Of a stretch of DNA of 64,000 bases, positions 26,461-40,084 are shown in pieces. The translations under genes and the position numbers were made by a program. The first letter of the stretch is position 1; every line of letters begins with the position of its first letter. Below the pieces are notes generated by a model, which did no database searches, was not told the origin of the DNA, and worked only from the letters and a program-made list of their open reading frames with translations. Source of the DNA: Mobula hypostoma. Its lineage: Eukaryota. The DNA lies in NCBI RefSeq assembly GCF_963921235.1, contig NC_086097.1, forward strand, positions 235,726,001 through 235,790,000, read 5' to 3'.

Positions 26461-27189
26461 GATCAATTTCCCCCGGGATCAATAAAGTATGACTATGACT
26501 ATGAAAAGAAAATTATTGCCACTTGGAATGTAAGAAGCCTGTATCAATTATATGAGAGGTATACGTAGTGTAAGTGCAGACAGGCTGTTTTCCACTTGTG
26601 GGAGAGTTTTGGGTGATAACAGAACTAGAGGTCATGGGTTAAGGGTGAGAGGTAAAATATTTAAAGGGAACATGAGGGGGATCTGCTTCACTCAGAAGGC
26701 GGCGAGAGTGAAATGGAGGATGTGGGTTTGATTTGAACATTTAAGAGAAGTTTGAATAAGTATATGGATGGGAGGGGTATGGAGCACTGTGATGGGATGC
26801 AGCTCAATAGGAGTACACTGAATCATAGATCAGTGAAGACTAAATGGGCCAAAGGGCCTGTTTGTGTACTATGTGCATTATGGGTCTGTATCCCCTCAGA
26901 TCCTAACCAGTCAACAGTCCTGTTTGTGTTTGGGTGCTACAGCACATTCAGATTTAATATTGTAAGATCTCTTTACGCAGAACTTCTTTGGGCCATCTGT
27001 TTGCAGACATCTCAGGAAGGGGATGAGGTGGATACTCTAAAATGACAGAAGTGATAAAGCCCAATAATGCCTTCGAATTTTTCCAATATTTTTGCTGCTA
27101 TTTAACCTGATGATCAGCTGAAATGTGTGTTGTAAACAGTAATTCTACAGCCTCGCCAGCATTTCTATTAAATTTACGGGATTCTGCAG

Positions 27190-27738
27190 GGAGCGCTCAT
27201 GCAGTAAGGTCGTCTCTTTGGCTTCGCTCCATTCCCATTATCCTTTTTTTAACCTATGATCTCCTTGATCTAATCAACTTTAAGTACACCAGAAGATTTA
27301 CTTTATCTTCTTGATTTACTGATTAATTGATTTACTTTTGTCAACTGTAACTCTCGAGCTTAGAGAAATGAGTACGAGATCTAGAACTAAAGATGGGAAA
27401 GACGCTGGTGGGAACGGAGGAAAGAAGAAAGGTGATTCCAAACAAACGGAATTAACTTACGAAGTTATGGAGGAAATGTTTGAGCAGCATCGGATAAAAT
27501 TATCTGAAAATTTAACTGCTCAATTTGAACAACATCGCCAAAGCCTCAATGAAGATTTAAAATCAATCACGGACTCTTTGAAATCCCTGGATTCTGATGT
27601 TCAAAAACACGATGCAAAAATTTCTGAACTGGATACTAAATCTCAGAAGACGGATACAAAAGTTGAGATCTTAGAGAAGAATCTAGCTTTGACTACTAAA
27701 CAACTCCAACAACTTAAATCCAAAGTTCTTGATCTTGT
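27190..27738 (+). mobile_element. L1-clade 5' UTR and ORF1 coiled-coil fragment (3'-truncated)
   Basis: ORF 27338-27793: basic N-terminus, then heptad-rich region ending LKSKVLDL where L1 ORF1 normally continues E.RSRR.N. Confidence 0.6.
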
Positions 27739-27849
27739 GAAATTTACTATGAGAAATCAGAGATTCTTGCACAAACTCTACGCTGACTTTTGAGTAGATA
27801 AACAATTAGTTATACAAACTGAACAAGCAAGCATGGAAGTCACTGAGCT

Positions 27850-28130
27850 CATCTGGAAGCAAAGCCCTGCTATCTCCCAGGTTGCTTGGCTTTACTTTAT
27901 ATGAGGTGATAGCATTCAAGCACGGTCACAGCTGTCGAGCATCCCTCATTGATTCATGTTCGGTCCGGAATTTTCACTTCACCCATGAGATGGTTTTCTG
28001 GAGATCATACCTGGACCTCTTATAACTTTCTTAGTCTCCAGACTTGAATGCCTCTGATCTGGGCCTCAGCAGATTTCAGATCTCATTGGGCATCCAAGGC
28101 TTCTGGTGGGGGAAGACTCCAAATGAGTTT
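27850..28130 (-). mobile_element. Rex1/Babar ORF fragment
   Basis: Translates as QKPWMPNEI*NLLRPRSEAFKSGD*ESYKRSRYDL, homologous to 37709-37975. Confidence 0.65.
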
Positions 28131-28139
28131 AAGACTTCG

Positions 28140-30920
28140 TTCCCCAGAGCATAGGAGAATGAAGCAAGATTTGATAGAGGTATACAGAATTATGAAAGTT
28201 ATAGAAAGGGTAAATGCAAGCAGGCTTTTGCCACTGAAGGCGGGTGAAACTAGAATGAGAGGTCATAGGTTAAGGATGAAAGGTGAAATATTTAAGGGGA
28301 ATCAGAGGGGAGACTTTTTCATTCAGAGGATGAGAAGTGTGGAATGAGCTGCCGGCAGAATTGGTGGATGTGGGTTTAAATTGCAGCACTTAAGAGAAAT
28401 TTGGGTACATACATAGATGGAAGGGGAATGGATGACTATGGTTGAAGTGCGGGGTGATGGGTTGAGACAGAATAGCAGCTTGACGTGGTCAAGATGAACT
28501 AAAGAGCCTTTTTCTGGGCTGCTGTGCTCTGTGACTAAGCTACTTCATGACTTATTCACTGTGAATGTGAAGAAATTTTTTAAAAAAGCTCACATTTTGC
28601 AGTCAGTTGTGAGTTGTCTGGTCTCACTGTTGATCTCTTGATAAGTCTGAGCTTATCATATTCGTAAACCCATCAGCCCCAGTGGCAACAGTTGGCAAAA
28701 GTTAACATGTCTTACATGAGCCCTTAGCTGTGATAGGGGCTTCATTTTATGAATTTCATTTCACTTGATTTTTACTGTGTCACTAATTCAGGAGGTAATG
28801 TCCAAGACAAAGCCAGCATTGGTTTCCAGTCCTGGAAGCACCCTTGTAAATCTCCCATTGACACATGCTACGGACACGCTATTTTGGTGCTAAAAACATA
28901 GTGATATTTGGGGACTGCCTCCAGCACATCGTTGGATTAGACCATAAGAAATAGGAGCAGAATTAGGCCATTCAGCCCATCAAGTCTGCTCTGTCATTCC
29001 ATCAAGTCTGATCTCAGATCCCACTCAACCCCATACATTTGCCTTCTCACCAATGATTGTAATAGTCATTGAAGTTCACTGCATGTTTCCATAAGACGTA
29101 AGACATAGGAGTAGACCTAGGCTTTTTGTCCCATTGTGTCTGCTCCACCATTCCATCATGGCTGATTTATTATCCCTCTCAAGACCTTTCTCCTGCCTTC
29201 TCCCCATTAGCTTTGGCACATTTACTAATCAAGAACTCAATGACTTGGCTTCCAGAGCCATCTGTGGCAATGAATTTCAGATTTTCTCCCTTCTGGGTAA
29301 AGAAATTCTTCCTTGCCTCTGTTCTAAAGGGACATCCCTGTACTTTGATGCTGTTCCCTCTGGTCTCAGACTCCCCCAACTACAGGACACATCCTCTCCA
29401 CATCCACTCTATGTAGGCCTTCCAATAATCAACAAGATCCACAGATATATGTGTGATAAATAAAACCAATCTTTAATGTCTAATCTGACACTTCTCAGTA
29501 CAATTGTATTTTCCTATAATGTGGTGAGAAGAACTGTTTGCAGTCTTCGAACTAGTGATGTAATAAATCCAACATTTTTCCTGCTCTTATATTCTATATT
29601 CTGGCTAACAAAGGGAATTATCTCTGTTACCTGTAAGGATCTGTCGACATACACTTGAATGTCCTTTCATTCTTCCACACCAATGAATAATTTGTCAATT
29701 GTTGCATATTCCTTTGCCATACTGATCGAATTGATCTATCTGCACTCCAACACTTTTCTCCTCACTCTTAACCACACAGCTTTTTGCAGCATTAGTAGCA
29801 TGCCCCACATAGAAAATGCAAATTAATAAAATGATCTCTTATTTTAAAAGTTCAAAGTCAATTTATTATCAAAGGGTGTATTTACCAGAATGTTGGCTGT
29901 ACTGGGGAGCATGCCAGCTGATTCACATCACTTCCAATGAGCCCCACCCTCACTATTCCCAACTGACAGAGGTGTATAAGATGATGAGAGGCATTGATCA
30001 TGTGGATAGCCAGAGGCTTTTTCCCAGGGCTGAAATGGCTAACATGAAGGGGCATAGTTTTAAGGTTCCTGGAAGTAGGTACAAGGGGTAAGTTTTTCAC
30101 AGAGAGTGGTGAGTGTGTGGAATGCATTGCCAGCAAAGGTGGCAGAGGGGGATACAATAGGGTCTTTAAAAGACTCTTAGATAGGTACATGTAGCTTAGA
30201 AAATAGAGGGCTATGCAGAAGGGAAATTCTAGGCAGTTTCTAGAGTAGAAATCATGGTTGGCACAACATTGTGGGCCAAAGGGCCCCTAATTTGTTGTCG
30301 ATTTCTATGTTTCTATGCTGGCCTTTCTAAATCAGAGCATTGAGTATAGGAGTTGGGATGTAATGTTGAAATTGTACAAGGAATTGGTAAGGCCAAATTT
30401 GGAGTATTGTGTACAGTGTTGACAAAATAGAGAGAGTACAGAGAAGATTTACTAGAATGTTACCTGGGTTTTATCACCTAAGTTACAGAGAAAGGTTTAA
30501 CAAGTTGGGTCTTTATTCCTTGGAACGTAGAAGTTTGAGGGGGGACTTGATAGGGGTATTTAAAATTATGAGGGGGATAGATAGAGTTGACGTAGATAGG
30601 CTTTTACCATTGAGAGTGGGGGAGATTCAAACAAGAGAACATTAGTTGAGAGTTAAAGGGCAAAAGTTTAAGGGTAACATGAGGGGGAACTTCTTTACTC
30701 AGAGAGTGGTGGCTGTGTGGAACGAGCTTCCAGCAGAAGTGGTTGAGGCAGGTTCGATGTTGTCATTTAAGGTTAAATTGGACAGCTATATGGACAGGAA
30801 AGGAATGGAGGGTTATGGATTGAGTGTAGGTCAGTGGGACTAGGTGAGAGTAAGTGTTCGGCACGGACTAGAAGGGCCGAGATGGCCTGTTTCCGTGCCG
30901 TAATTGTTATATGGTTATAT
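28140..30920. mobile_element. Cluster of CR1 3' fragments (28140-28535 +, 28940-29430 -, 29968-30315 +, 30316-30920 +)
   Basis: DLIEVYRIMK, GNFFTQRVV, LPAEVVEAGS peptides and CR1 tails. Confidence 0.8.
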
Positions 30921-30940
30921 TGTTTTTTATGTATTATGAT

Positions 30941-31258
30941 GCTGTGTGGGCACGTGGTCAAGTGGTTAAGGCATTGGACTAGCTACCTGAAGGTCGTGAG
31001 TTCAACCTCCAGCCGAGGGAACGTGTTGTGTCCCTGAGCAAGGCACTTAATCACATATTGCTCTGCGACGACACTGGTGTCAAACTGTATGGGTCCTAAT
31101 GCCCTTCCCTTGGACAACATTGGTATCGTGGAGAGGGGAGACTTGCAGCATGGGCATCTGCTGGTCTTCCATACAACCTTGCCCAGGCCTGCGCCCTGGA
31201 GAGTGAAGACTTTCCAGGTGCAGATCCACGGCCTTGAAAGACTAGCAGATGCCTTTAC
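30941..31258 (+). mobile_element. Full-length tRNA-derived SINE with CORE-like body and RTE-like tail
   Basis: A box TGGTCAAGTGG, B box GAGTTCAACCTCC; gtgtccctgagcaaggcacttaa; perfect 15-bp TSD TTTATGTATTATGAT (30926-30940, 31259-31273). Confidence 0.85.
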
Positions 31259-31674
31259 TTTATGTATTATGATTCATTTTTATTGGAAACATTCAACTTA
31301 GAGCAAAGAAATACCACAGAATCAATGACAGGGACGAGACAAACAACCAATGACCAAACGAAGCCAAACTGTGCAAATACAAAAATATAATAATGACAAT
31401 ACTAATTATACAAATAACAATGTTGAAATAAGTAAATAAATAATACTGAGAATGTGGGTTGAAAATTCCTTGGAAGTGGGACTGTAGGTTGTGGAATCAG
31501 TTTAGTGTTGAGGTGAGTAAAGTTATCCACACTGGTTCTGGAGCTTGAGGATTGCGGGGTAATAAATGTTCCTGAACCTGGCATTGTGGAGGTAAGGTTC
31601 AAGTACTTCCCTTCTGATGGCAGCAGGGAGAAGAGAGAATGGCCTGCATGGTGAGGGGTCTTTGATGAAGAGTA

Positions 31675-33670
31675 AGACATAAGACCGTAAGACATAGGAA
31701 CAGAACTGGGCCATTCAGCCCATTGAGTCTGCTCTGCCTTTCCATCATGTCTGATCCTGGATCCCACTCAACCCCATATCTTCGCCATATCCTTTGATGC
31801 CCTGACTGATCAGGAAATGATCAACTTCAGCCTTAAATACACTTATGGACATGGCCTCCACCGCAGTCTGTGGCAGAGCATTCCAGAGATTCACCAATCT
31901 CTGGCTAGAAAAATTCCTCCTTACCACTGTTCTAAAGGATCGCCACTCAAATTTGAGTCTGTGCCCTCTGGTTCTGGATAATCGCACCATGGAAAACATC
32001 CTGTCCACATCCACCCTACCTAGACCTTTCAGCATTCAATAGGTTTCAATGAGATCCTCCTGCATTCTTCTAAATTCCAGTGACTACAGGCCCAAGCTGT
32101 TAAATGCCTCTCATACCCCTTCATTCGCAGAATCATCCTCGTGAACCTCCTCTGGACAGCTTTTCTGAGATATGGGGCCCAAAACTGTTGAGAATATTCC
32201 AAGTGTGGCCTGACTAGTCTTATAAAGGCTCAGCATTATCTCTTTGCTTTTATATTCTATTCCCCTTGAAATAAATGTCGACATTGCATTTGCCGTCTTT
32301 ACCACAGATTCAACCTGTAAATTAACCTTCTGGGAGTCTTGCTTGAGGACTCCTAAGTCCCTCTGCACCTCTGATGTTGTTCTCCCCATTTAGATATTGG
32401 TCCACACTGTTGTTCCTCTTACCAAAATGCATTATCATACACTTCCCAATACTGTATGCCATCTGCCACTTTTTTGCCCATTCTTCTAATTTCTCCTGCT
32501 GCAGTCGCATGGCTTCCTCAGTATTACCAATGCCTCCACCTATCTTTGTATCATCAGAAAACTTTGCCACAGCTATCAATTCCATTATCTAAACCATTGA
32601 CAAACAATGTGAAAAGCAGCGCACCCAATACTGACCCATGAGGAACACCATTAGTCACCAGCAGCCAAACAGAAAAGGCCCCCTTTATTCCTATTCACTG
32701 CCTCCTGCCTGTTAGATATTCTAAAGTCCATGTCAGTATCTTTCCTGTAATGCCATAGGATGTTATCTTGTGAAGTAGCCTCATATGTAACATCTTATCA
32801 AATGCCTTCTGAGAACCCAAGTAAATGATATCCATTGCCTCTCCTTTGTCCAACTTGCCTGCTAATTCCACAAAAAGCTCTAATCGAGTTTTCAGGCAAG
32901 ATTTTCCTTGACAGAAACCATACTGACTTTGACTTATTTTATAATTAGTCTCTAAGTACCTCGAACTGTCATCTTTAATAATAGACTCCGACACTTTCCC
33001 AACGCTGAGGTTAGGCCAACTGGCCTATTATTTCTTTTCTTTGGCCTTCCTCCCTTCTTAAAGAGTGAAGTGACTTTTGCAATATTCCAGTCCTCCGAGG
33101 CCATGCCAAAATCAAGTGATTCTTGAAAGATCATGACCAATCATCCATTATCTCTTCAGCAACCTCTCTCAGGTCTCTGGAATGTAGTTGATCTAGCCCA
33201 GGTGACTTATCCACCTTAAGACCTTTGAGTTTGCCTAGCACTTTTTCCTTTGTAATAGCAAAGGCACTCACCCCTGCTCCCTGACACTCACGGACCTCTG
33301 CCACACTGCTAGTGTCTTCCACAGTGAAGACAGATGCAAAGTATCCATTAAGTTCATCAGCCATCCCTTTGTCCACCATTACTATCTCACTGGCATCATT
33401 TTCCAGTGGTCCAATATCAATCTCACCTCCCTTTCATTCTTTATATAACTGAGAAAACTTTTGGTATCCTGCTTTATATTACTGTCTTGTCTTCCATCAT
33501 ATTTCATCTTTTCCCTTCTTATAGCAAGATAACCTTTCTCCGAGTAGGTTCAAACTGAAGCTGCTCTAAAAAGCCATCTCGCAGGCATTCAGCAAATTCC
33601 CTCTCTTGCAATCCGACACCCCATCTGATTTTCCCAATCCCCCTGCATACTTAAGTCCACCATTGCAATT
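31675..33670 (-). mobile_element. Degenerate CR1 ORF2 (RT to 3' end)
   Basis: YFASVFTVED, DKSPGLD, SQYGFCQGKSC, KFSDDTKIGG, NFSSQRLVNLWN. Confidence 0.9.
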
Positions 33671-33802
33671 GTATGTAAACATATAAGAATGTTTCTGGAG
33701 CCCTTTGATCTAATATTCCGATCCTTAGACCATTTGACACCAATCTGCTAAGTCAACTTCATTAAATACTTTGTCAAATCAAATGCATTGTCTTCATGGA
33801 CC

Positions 33803-33998
33803 GCAAACAACAGGAATTCTGCAGATGCTGGAAATTCAAGCAACACACATCAAAGTTGCTGGTGAACGCAGCAGGCCAGGCAGCATCTCTAGGAAGAGGT
33901 GCAGTCGACGTTTCAGGCCGAGACCCTTCATCAGGACTAACTGAAGGATTCCTACAGATGCTGCCTGGCCTGCTGCGTTCACCAGCAACTTTGATGTG
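33803..33998. mobile_element. Fold-back Neptune PLE mini-insertion
   Basis: PLE 3' end (minus) followed by its inverted partial copy; TSD TGTCTTCAT(G/T)GACC at 33789-33802 and 33999-34012. Confidence 0.85.
33902..33939 (-). ncRNA. Minimal type I hammerhead ribozyme motif (PLE-associated)
   Basis: UAGUC-CUGAUGA-AGGGUCUCGGCCU-GAAACGUC-GACUG: helix I AGUC/GACU, intact core, palindromic ACGU helix III. Confidence 0.75.
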
Positions 33999-34984
33999 TG
34001 TCTTCATTGACCATTCTTTTTGACACCTCAAAGTTTGATAAGAATATTCGGCATGACCTTCACTTAACAAATCCTGTTTAAATTTCACCTTACTTTTCTG
34101 GAAAAAAGGTAATTCCTATTCCTTAGAATAGATTACAATGATCTACTCACCACCAAAGTTAAAATAACTAGCCTGTGATGGCTTAGTTTATTCCTTTCAT
34201 GTTGTTAAACATGTGTATAGTTTCATCAGCCCTCCAATCCCCTGGCTCGATTCCCATAGCCAGGGAGGATTGAAGTACAAATGTATTATGTGCAGAAATT
34301 CCATTGCATCATTCCTCGCTTCTTTTATCATCCCTGTTTTCCCTTCACCTGGGATTGGTAATTTATCCATATTTGATAATGCTGAACCATTCAATGCTTC
34401 CAGTTTAATATGTTTATTCAGTCCAATGTTTTTCACTCATCCCCAATCACACATTCATCTACACTGTTCTCCTATTTCTGAACTCACTGACATGTGGCAC
34501 TAGGATTAATCCTGACCTTTACCATCTCCAAGGTCCTTCTGCTTAATCTTTTCCATAACACCTTCAAATCTGCCAACAGGATCTCATCTCCTTTCTTATT
34601 TATGTAACTGATAGCAATATGGAGAGCATATCCCTCAGATTGTCTGCAATTACTCCATCATGTTCTTAATCTTTTCATCGAGGTCAGAATCAGCTTTATT
34701 ATCACTGACACACACTCAGTTGGCATTTTATTATGTACACTCTACACCTAAGGTCTTTAGAGTTTACAGAGAATGACGCAAAAACGAAAAAAAAAGAAAA
34801 CATCCCATCAGCAGCAGTTCTGTGCCTGAAAACATCTTATTAATGAGGGAGGTCAGAGAAGAACGGCCAGACTGGTTCAAACTGGCAGGAAGGGGACAGT
34901 AACTCAAAGGACCACTTGTTACAACTATAAGACCGGGACAACATATGCCAAGCAGGAGAGCAGCCTCTCCACTTTCCATTTCAG

Positions 34985-35970
34985 GTGTCCTTGTTGTATC
35001 TGGGCATCTCCTGGAGAGACAGAGAACCCAAAGCTGAGGCTCTCTTGTGCAGCTTCCCAAGCGTGTACACCCTACTCAGTCAGCGTAGGCTGCACTGGCT
35101 GGGCCACGTCTGCTGCATGCAGCATGGCTGCATCCCAAAACACATCCTCTGTGGTGAGCTGCCTTCAGGCAAGAGAACTGCTGGCCACCTACAACTGTAC
35201 TACAAGGATGTCTGTAAGTGGGATATGAAGGCACTGGACAGGCACTTTCAGCCAACTGCACCAGATAGAGAAGCACCCTGAAGCAACACCTTAAGTCAGG
35301 TGAGGAAAAATTCCTGAAAGCAGCAGGAGACAAACGGGCACTTATAATGGAACACTGCATCTCCAGCAGAGCCGAAACCACTGATAGATGTGACCTTTGT
35401 AGCAGATACTGCCACTCTCACGGTGACCCCACCAGCCACATATGGTGCTGCACAAATAATGTAGACGGCCAGGATGCGACATCCATAGTCATAGTCATAG
35501 TCATACTTTATTGATCCCGGGGGAAATCGGTATTTGTTACAGTTGCACCATAAATAATAAATAGTAATAAAACCATAAATAGTTAAATAGTAATATGTAA
35601 ATCATGCCAGTAAATTATGAAATAAGTCCAGGACCAGCCTATCGGCTCAGGGTGTCTGACCCTCCAAGGGAGGATTTGTAAAGTTTGATGGCCACAGGCA
35701 GGAATGACTTCCTATGATGCTCTGTGCTGCATCTCAGTGGAATGAGTCTCTGGCTGAATGTACTCCTGTGCCCAAGTGGATGTGAGACATTGACCAAGAT
35801 GGCATGCAACTTAGACAGCATCCTCTTTTCAGACAGCACCGTCAGAGAGTCCAGTTCCATCCCCACAACATCACTGGCCTTACGAATGAGTTGGTTGATT
35901 CTGTTGGTGTCTGCTACCCTGTGCTACCCAAGATCAATCCATGATTGATCTTGACCAACGGGAGGCCACG
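34985..35970 (+). mobile_element. RTE-clade LINE 3' fragment, interrupted by Rex1
   Basis: LGISWRDR...QRRLHWLGHVCCM...IPKHILCGELPSGKR...YKDVCK.DMK. Confidence 0.85.
35484..35920 (-). mobile_element. Rex1 3' end with (TATGAC)n tail; an isolated tail of the same type lies at 26461-26503 (+)
   Basis: RMLSKLHAILVNVSHPL...RKSFLPVAIKLY; gatcaataaagtatgactatgac. Confidence 0.8.
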
Positions 35971-35996
35971 GAACAGTACAGTGCATCTCTGCACGC

Positions 35997-36032
<36 letters not shown>
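35997..36032. repeat. (AT)n(GT)n microsatellite
   Basis: Direct reading. Confidence 0.95.
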
Positions 36033-36034
36033 CT

Positions 36035-39000
36035 GTTAAATAGTTAAGTAAAAAGAAATAGCGTAAAATAGCAGAAATAAAAGAAATAGTGAGGTAGTTT
36101 TCATGGGTTCAATGTCTGTTTAGAAATCGGATGGCAGAGGGGAGGAAGCTGTTCCTGAATCACAGAGTATGTGCCTTCTGGCTTCTGTCCCTCCTTCCTG
36201 ACAGTAACAGCGTGAGGAGGACATGTCCTGGGCGGTAAGGATTCTTAATGATGGATGCCGCCTTACTTAGGCAGCACTCTTTGATGTTTTGGATACCACA
36301 TTGGCTGGTATCATGATAGACCTGACTAAATTTACACGTTTCTGCAACTCATTTCGATCTTATGCAGTAACCCCCCCCCCCCCCGCAATATCAGGTGGTG
36401 ATGCAGTCAGTCAGAATGCTCTCCATGGTACATTTGTGGAAGTTGTTGAGTGTTTTAGTTGACAAACCACATCTCCTCAGATTCCTAATGAAATATAGCT
36501 GCTGCCTTGCCTTCTTTATAGTTGCATTGATATGTTTTATCCACATCCACATTAGGTCCTCAGAGATCTTGACACCCAGGAACTTGAAATTGCTCACTCT
36601 CTCCACTTCTGATCCCTCTATGAGGATTGATTTGTGCTGCCTTGTCCTACCCTTCCTGAAGTCTACAACCTTGAGTGGAAATTTGTTGTTGTGACACCAC
36701 TCAACTAACAGGTATATCTTGCTCCTGTACACCCTCTCGTCACCATCTGAAATTCTGCCAACAATGGTTGTATCATCAGCAAATTGATAGTTGCTGTTTG
36801 AGCTGTGCCTGGCCACACAGACATGGATGTAGAGAGAGTAGAGCAGTGGGCTAAGCACACACCCCTGTGGAGAGCCAGAGTTACCCAATGACATACAAGA
36901 GAAAATCTGCAGATGCTGGAAATCCAAGCAACACACACAAAATGCAGTCCTGCCGAAGGGTTTCAGCCTGAAACAATGATTGTACTCTCTTCCATAGATA
37001 CTTGCTGGCCTGTTGAGTTCCTCCAGCATTTTGTGTGTGTTGCTAGGAGAGCCGATGTTAATTGTCAGTGAGGTGGAGATGGTATTTCCAATCCACACAG
37101 TTTATGTTTGGTCTTCTGGTTATGAAATCGAGGATCCAATTGTAGAGGGAGGTACAGAGGCCCAGGTTCTATAACTTTTTGATCAGGACTATAGGAACGA
37201 TGGTGTTAAATGCTGAGCTATGGTCAATGAACAGCTTCCTGTCCTTGGTATTTGCATTGTCCAGGTGATCCGAGACTGCGTAGAGAGCCATTGAGATCAC
37301 GACTGCTGTAGTCCTATTGTGACGATAGGTAAAGTGTAGTGGGTGCAGGTCCTTTCTGAGACAAGTGTTGATTCTAGCCATGACCAATCTCTCAAAGCAT
37401 TTCATCACCCGTAGATGTGAGCATTACTGAATGATAGTCACTGAGGCAGCTCACCCTGCTCTTCTTGAGCACTGGTATAATTGTTGCCCTTCTGAAGCAG
37501 GTGGGAACATCTGACTGTAGCAGTGAGAGATTGAAAATGTGTTTGAATACAGTTGGTTGGCACAGGTTTTCAGAGCCCTACTGTGATGCGAGGGTTTACC
37601 CTCGTGAAAGACAGCATGACGTCGGCCTCCAAGACAGAGTTCACAGGGTCATTGGGTGCTGCAGGGATGCTCACAGCTGCAGTTTTGTCCTCCCTTTCAA
37701 AGCAAGCATCAAAGGTGTTGAGCCCGTCCGGTAGTGAAGCACCTCTGCCATTCATGATGTCGGGGTTTTGCTTTGTAGGAAGTAATGGCCTGCAAACCCT
37801 GCCAGAGTTGATGTGCAACTGATGTCGCCCCCCAACATCCCTCAGAATTGTTTCTCGGCTCTTGAAGTAGCACTCTGCAAGTCAGAGCTAGTTTTCTTAT
37901 ACAGTCCTGCGGGGGGTTGCCAGAATTAAATGCCAGAGATCTAGCCCTCAGTGGACTACGAACCTCCTGGTTCATTCACAGCTTTTGGTTTGGGAATGTA
38001 CAGTATGTTTTGTAGGCACACACTCATCCGCACAGGTTCTAATGAAGTAGATCTTGTTATTTCTGTTTTTCTGCACGATTTAAAATCTATTCAATATACA
38101 TATACTGTAATTGATTTACTTATGTATTTATTATATATTTTTTCTTTGATATTATGTATTGCATTGAACTGCTGCTGCCAAGTTAACAAATTTCATGACA
38201 CATACTGGTGATAATAAACTTGTTTCTAATCCTGATTCTGAAGTAGCTGATAGCAATGGCATATTCATTCAGACTTGAAATTAACTCCCTGAACACAGTC
38301 CAGTCCACTGATTCAAAACATTAAAGTTCCTGTGCCCCTTGTTCCTCACTACTGGTGCAGTAGTCTTCAGTCTCTGCCTATACTCAGGGAGTGGAAATAC
38401 AGCCAGATAATCAGACTTTCTAAAGTGTGGACATGGGATAGCATGGTAGCCACTCTTGAACTTGGTGTAACAGTGGTCCACTGTGTTGATTCCTTGGTAC
38501 AGCAGGTGATTTGCCGATAATAATAATTTAACGACTTTATCAAGCTGGCCTGGTTAAAATCCCCCAGAATGATGGGGAAGACATCAGGATGTGTTGTTTC
38601 ATGCTTGTTGATTACATTGCTCAGTTCATCTAGAGCCTGTTTGACATTAGCTTGATGTGGAATGTACATGGCTACCAAAATGATCGTTGAGATCTCCCAC
38701 AGCAGGTAAAATAGCTGGTACTTAATTGTGAGGTAGTCTAGGTCTAGTGTGCAATATAGGGACGTCACTGACACATTAGTACACCATGAGGAGTTGGTCA
38801 TGAGGCATACACCTCCACCTCTGATTTTGAGAGACTTGACAGTCCTATTCTGACAGTGTATAGGGAACCTATCAATCTGAATTGCTGTGTCCGGTATGGA
38901 AGGGGTTAATCAGGATCCCGTAAAACAAAAGACGCATTTGTTCCTAACTTCTCTCTGATACAGCGCCCTAGCTCTGAGATTGTCTATTTTATTTACCAGA

Positions 39001-39230
39001 GACTGTGTGTTTGCCAGCAAGGTAGTTGGTATTGGGAGTCAAAAACCTTGTTTTATTTAATCTCACCATCAGACCAGCACGTTGCCTTCTTTTTTGCCAG
39101 CGGCTTCTTAAATGGACCGTGTGCCGGCTACAGTCTGGTCTATGTCTTATAGTCTTATGGTCTATTTCTGTCGGCTTTAAGCAGAAATAGATTGTTCATT
39201 TGCATTTAAACTTCATCACTGACTGTACAC
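36035..39230 (-). mobile_element. Near full-length degenerate Rex1/Babar LINE (EN-RT)
   Basis: [69 protein letters not shown]. Confidence 0.9.
36884..37045. mobile_element. Fold-back Neptune PLE mini-insertion inside Rex1 RT
   Basis: Inverted ends gcaacacacacaaaatgc / gcattttgtgtgtgttgc; degenerate core at 36944-36982; decayed TSD GGAGAGCC...GTTA. Confidence 0.7.
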
Positions 39231-40084
39231 ATTATAGACGCAGGCTGAAATGGGAATATTTGATTTTTCAATGAGAACTGCAGTTAGGTTTGTCCGGAAG
39301 ACCCAAAGTAGCTGGTAATGAAGAAGCCACTAAGCGCATGTCATGAAATATGTTGTTTTGCAGCAGCAGTAAAATGCAATACATAAAAATGCTGCAAGTT
39401 ATAAGGGATACATAATAAATAAATTGTGCAAAAGTGTAGAAAAACAGTGAGATTGTGGTCATAGACTTGTCTGAACTTTGTCAGTAGAGGGGAAGAAGCT
39501 GTTGCGTAAAATATAAATCATCCCATCCTAAAATCCTGTCTGTGAACACTAAAATGCCTCACTGCTTCGTTAATCATGAGTTCCCAAGCACAGAGCTGCT
39601 GTCTTCACTTTACCTCCATTCTGCCATTAATCCACCCATGTACCATGGTCATGAATCTGGATATACTAACTACCACCCACATCAGTCAGTATTCAAAATC
39701 AGACACAAATCAAAATCAAAATCATGAGCAGAGCCCTCCTGAAACTCCTGCCTGCTGATTTTCATCTCTTAAGTCATCGCCCAATTATTACCCAGTCCAT
39801 AACTTCATGATCTTCATGGTGACAACCTTCCAGAAATAACTAACCTTGAAACCCTCAGTCTCATGGAAGGACAAGATAGAATGGCAGAACAGACTTGATG
39901 GGTTGAATGGCCTAATTTTGTTCCTATGTCTTATGGTCTTACTTTCCACAGGTGTACAAGCCACAAAAACCTGTAACTCAAACTTGCTTTTTTTTTCTCA
40001 ACTTTGGAAGACATCCCAGAACTCTCCCTTGAAGATCTGGATTCCACAGCTCCAGTGTAATCTGCTCTGTACCTACTCATTTTA

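Noticed and set aside
27338..27793. 151-aa coiled-coil ORF as a host gene
   Set aside because: Architecture fits a truncated L1 ORF1
30946..31015. tRNA gene
   Set aside because: Head of a TSD-flanked SINE; no full cloverleaf
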